A stretch of DNA of 46,082 nt. It comes from Thauera sp. GTDB lineage: Bacteria; Pseudomonadota; Gammaproteobacteria; Burkholderiales; Rhodocyclaceae. The position numbers and the translations under genes were made by a program. The notes under the pieces were generated by a model, which was given only the letters and a program-made list of their open reading frames with translations, had not been told where the DNA came from and did no database searches. Shown piece by piece: positions 43,886-46,082 of this stretch; the first letter of the stretch is position 1, and every line of letters starts with the position of its first letter. Where the stretch lies: positions 1 to 46,082 of the forward strand of contig JAKLLJ010000001.1 in the NCBI GenBank assembly GCA_023150215.1, given 5' to 3'.

Positions 43886-46082
43886 TCATGCAGCGACGAG
43901 TGCTGCGCCAGCATCGGCGTCAGCAGCCTGGCTGCCGGCCTCGTCCTTCGTGAGGTCGAGTTGCTCGATCAGTTCGGCCTGCCGCGCTTGTAGCGTCTGC
44001 AGGCGAAGCGCATGCTCGAACGGCCGGCCGAGTTCGACCTGCAGGTCGACCAGGCGCTTGCGGCGTGTTTGCAGCAGGGTGCCGGCCTTGTCGGCCGAAT
44101 CCTTGACGGTGTCGAGCGTGGCGAGCATTCCCGCCACGAGGGCCGGCCCCATTTGGTAGGGCGCTGCCTCGTAGACGGCGTTGCCCGTCAGGTGGTACAC
44201 CGGCGTGTGTTCGCCGTTGATGCAGACGATGCTGAGGTCGAACCCGCCGAAGCGGCCGACGACGCGAGCCACGTGCAGCCGACCACGGGTGGCTTCCTCC
44301 TTCACTGCCAGCACCCTCGCTCGCAACGCCTCTCCAACCGCATCCGGGCCGACGAGACGCTGTTTGCCGATCTCCACCGCGATGTTGCCCATGGCTTGGG
44401 GTTCCATCCGAGACAGGTCGGCCTCGTGAGCCGCCAGTTTCTTCTCCAGCGATGCAATCAACAGCGGCAGATCGGCCACCTCGCGCTCATTGGCATAGCG
44501 CTGGTTGCGCCACACCCAGTGGAGCGTCGAGAGCTTGGCCACCTCCGCGTCCACGCCCGCCTTCTCGATGACGAGCGGGTTGCCCGACGCCAGGGCTTTC
44601 ACCTCGGCGTAGGACAGCGTGGCGAGCGCCACGTCCTCGACCGAGCGGATAGCCCGATCACCGCGCATGACCTGCGCGATAAAGCGTGCTTTGGTCTCCA
44701 GGGTCTGCCACGAATACGCGTCGAAGGATCCTTCGGTCACGTAGCGGAAGATGTCTACCTCCTCGTTCATGTTGCCTTGCCGCAGGATGCGGCCCTCTCG
44801 CTGTTCCACGTCGCACGGGCGCCATGGCGCATCGAGGTCGTGTTGGGCGACCAGGCGGTCCTGCACGTTGGTGCCGATGCCCATCTTCTGGGTCGAGCCG
44901 ATCAGCACGCGGATGCGGCCTTCCCGCACTGCCTTGAAGAGCTTCGCCTTTTGGGCGTCGGTGTCTGCGTCATGGATGAACGCGATCTCTTCTTCGGGAA
45001 TGCCGGCGGCAATGAGCCGCATGCGCAGATCCTCGTAGACGCTGAAGGCTTTGCCGCCCTTGGGAGACGACATGTCGCAGAAGATCAACTGCGCACCACG
45101 CGTTGGCGTCGTGCGCTGCCAGATGGCATACACTTCACGCACGCACGCGGCCACCTTGCCTTCCGTGTCGAACCGCGCCGAGGGCGCGATCAGCCGGAAG
45201 TCCAGCGCTGCCTTGCGGCCGTCGTTGGTGACCGCCAGCATGTTGTCCTCGTCGGGCTTTACATGACCGCTGCGGATTGCCGCGGCACGTTCGACCAGGG
45301 TCTGCACGAAAGCCTTCAACTGCGGGCTCGGCGGGCAGGCCATGGTGCGGGCCTTTCCACCGCGCAGCTTGGGCACCGGCAGCTTCAACATCTCGGCGGT
45401 CTGGATGTCCGCCACCTCCCCGAAAATCGACATCAGCTCGGGCACGTTGATGAAGCGCGCGAAGCGCGTGTGCATCCGGTAGCCGCTGCCGTCCGGGGCG
45501 ATCTCCAACCCCGTGACCGCTTCCCCGAAGGTAGCGGCCCAGGCATCGAACTGCTGCAGGCCCAACTCGGCGAGCCGCCTGGGTTGCAGGTAGCGCTGCA
45601 TGGTGTGGATCTCGGCCATGGTGTTGGCCACGGGCGTCGCGGTTGCGAACACCACCCCACGCTGGCGGTTGCCGTGCAACTGCATCGTGTAGCGCGTCTT
45701 CAGGTACAGATCGAAGGCACGCTCGGAACTCGCCATCGGCAGACCCGCCACCCGCATCTTGGAGAAACGGAACAGGTTCTTGTGCAAATGGGCTTCGTCC
45801 ACGAACAGCCAGTCGATGCCCAGTTGCTCCCAGGTCAGCAGGTCGTCTTTGCGTTCCTGCGCCGACAACTTTTCCAGGCGCGCGGCCCAGCTCTTCTTCA
45901 TCTTCTCCAGTTGCTTGACGATCCGGTTGGATCGGTCTTCACTCTTGGCCGCACGCACGGCCAGTTCTATGTCATGGATGACCTCCTTGATGAACCCCTC
46001 GGAAAACTCGGGGGATGTCTTGATACGCTCGAAGCTCGCGTGGGTGATGACGACTGCGTCCCAATCGCCGGTGGCGATGCGC
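43886..46082 (-). CDS. SNF2/DEAD-like helicase of the DarB-like methyltransferase-helicase family, 3' part (5' end outside window)
   Basis: Frame stays open to the window edge (RIATGDWDAVVITH); FVDEAH, ATATP, GSTQKMGIGTNVQ, PWRP..EQREGRILRQGN. Confidence 0.9.
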   Translation of the reverse strand, partial: RIATGDWDAVVITHASFERIKTSPEFSEGFIKEVIHDIELAVRAAKSEDRSNRIVKQLEKMKKSWAARLEKLSAQERKDDLLTWEQLGIDWLFVDEAHLHKNLFRFSKMRVAGLPMASSERAFDLYLKTRYTMQLHGNRQRGVVFATATPVANTMAEIHTMQRYLQPRRLAELGLQQFDAWAATFGEAVTGLEIAPDGSGYRMHTRFARFINVPELMSIFGEVADIQTAEMLKLPVPKLRGGKARTMACPPSPQLKAFVQTLVERAAAIRSGHVKPDEDNMLAVTNDGRKAALDFRLIAPSARFDTEGKVAACVREVYAIWQRTTPTRGAQLIFCDMSSPKGGKAFSVYEDLRMRLIAAGIPEEEIAFIHDADTDAQKAKLFKAVREGRIRVLIGSTQKMGIGTNVQDRLVAQHDLDAPWRPCDVEQREGRILRQGNMNEEVDIFRYVTEGSFDAYSWQTLETKARFIAQVMRGDRAIRSVEDVALATLSYAEVKALASGNPLVIEKAGVDAEVAKLSTLHWVWRNQRYANEREVADLPLLIASLEKKLAAHEADLSRMEPQAMGNIAVEIGKQRLVGPDAVGEALRARVLAVKEEATRGRLHVARVVGRFGGFDLSIVCINGEHTPVYHLTGNAVYEAAPYQMGPALVAGMLATLDTVKDSADKAGTLLQTRRKRLVDLQVELGRPFEHALRLQTLQARQAELIEQLDLTKDEAGSQAADADAGAALVAA

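Larger units (their letters stand above)
2332..46082. mobile_element. Integrative conjugative element with F-type T4SS and MOBH relaxase (SXT/IncC-like organisation); one end at xth, other end outside the window
   Basis: Full MPF-F tra set, coupling protein, MobH, FlhDC-like activators and AlpA, abutting chromosomal housekeeping genes through an att-like arm. No integrase seen in the window. Confidence 0.88.

Noticed and set aside
2332-46082. Plasmid or prophage interpretation
   Set aside because: Joined to chromosomal genes through an att-like arm; no rep/par or virion genes in view. A co-integrated plasmid cannot be fully excluded without the other end.

Overview
GC-rich, probably betaproteobacterial DNA (host identity is inference). 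Bases 1-2331 are chromosomal housekeeping genes on the minus strand: a DUF481/YdiY-like outer-membrane protein (partial), a DUF2892 membrane protein, a Crp/Fnr regulator and xth. Directly upstream of the xth start codon is an attachment-like arm (perfect IHF consensus plus three CTAGCTACA repeats). This marks one end of a large integrative conjugative element (ICE) that fills the rest of the window and continues past it; its integrase is not in view. The ICE carries a near-contiguous F-type (MPF-F) transfer region resembling SXT/R391 and IncC (slt, ompA, traA-L-E-K-B, dsbC, traV-C, trbI-like, trhF, traW-U, trbC, traN, traF-H-G, candidate eex). It also has traD, a MobH-family relaxase, FlhDC-like (SetCD/AcaCD-type) and AcaB-like activators, an AlpA protein, a DUF932/primase/GHKL-ATPase cluster, cargo (DUF6685-like, Fic plus membrane protein, Xre-HipA plus HEPN-like/Zn-finger protein) and a partial DarB-like SNF2 helicase. 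Most notable: (1) apparent integration into or at the 5' end of xth; (2) a MobH relaxase whose HHH and HD metal-binding motifs are replaced; (3) four gene leaders sharing a CAACCC-initiated pair of mutually exclusive hairpins; (4) roughly helically phased CGGGT arrays next to an internally duplicated, possibly TraY-like protein; (5) a HipA/HEPN-like cassette bracketed by a degenerate duplication of the helicase 3' end and terminator. Family assignments come from motif recognition, not database searches.
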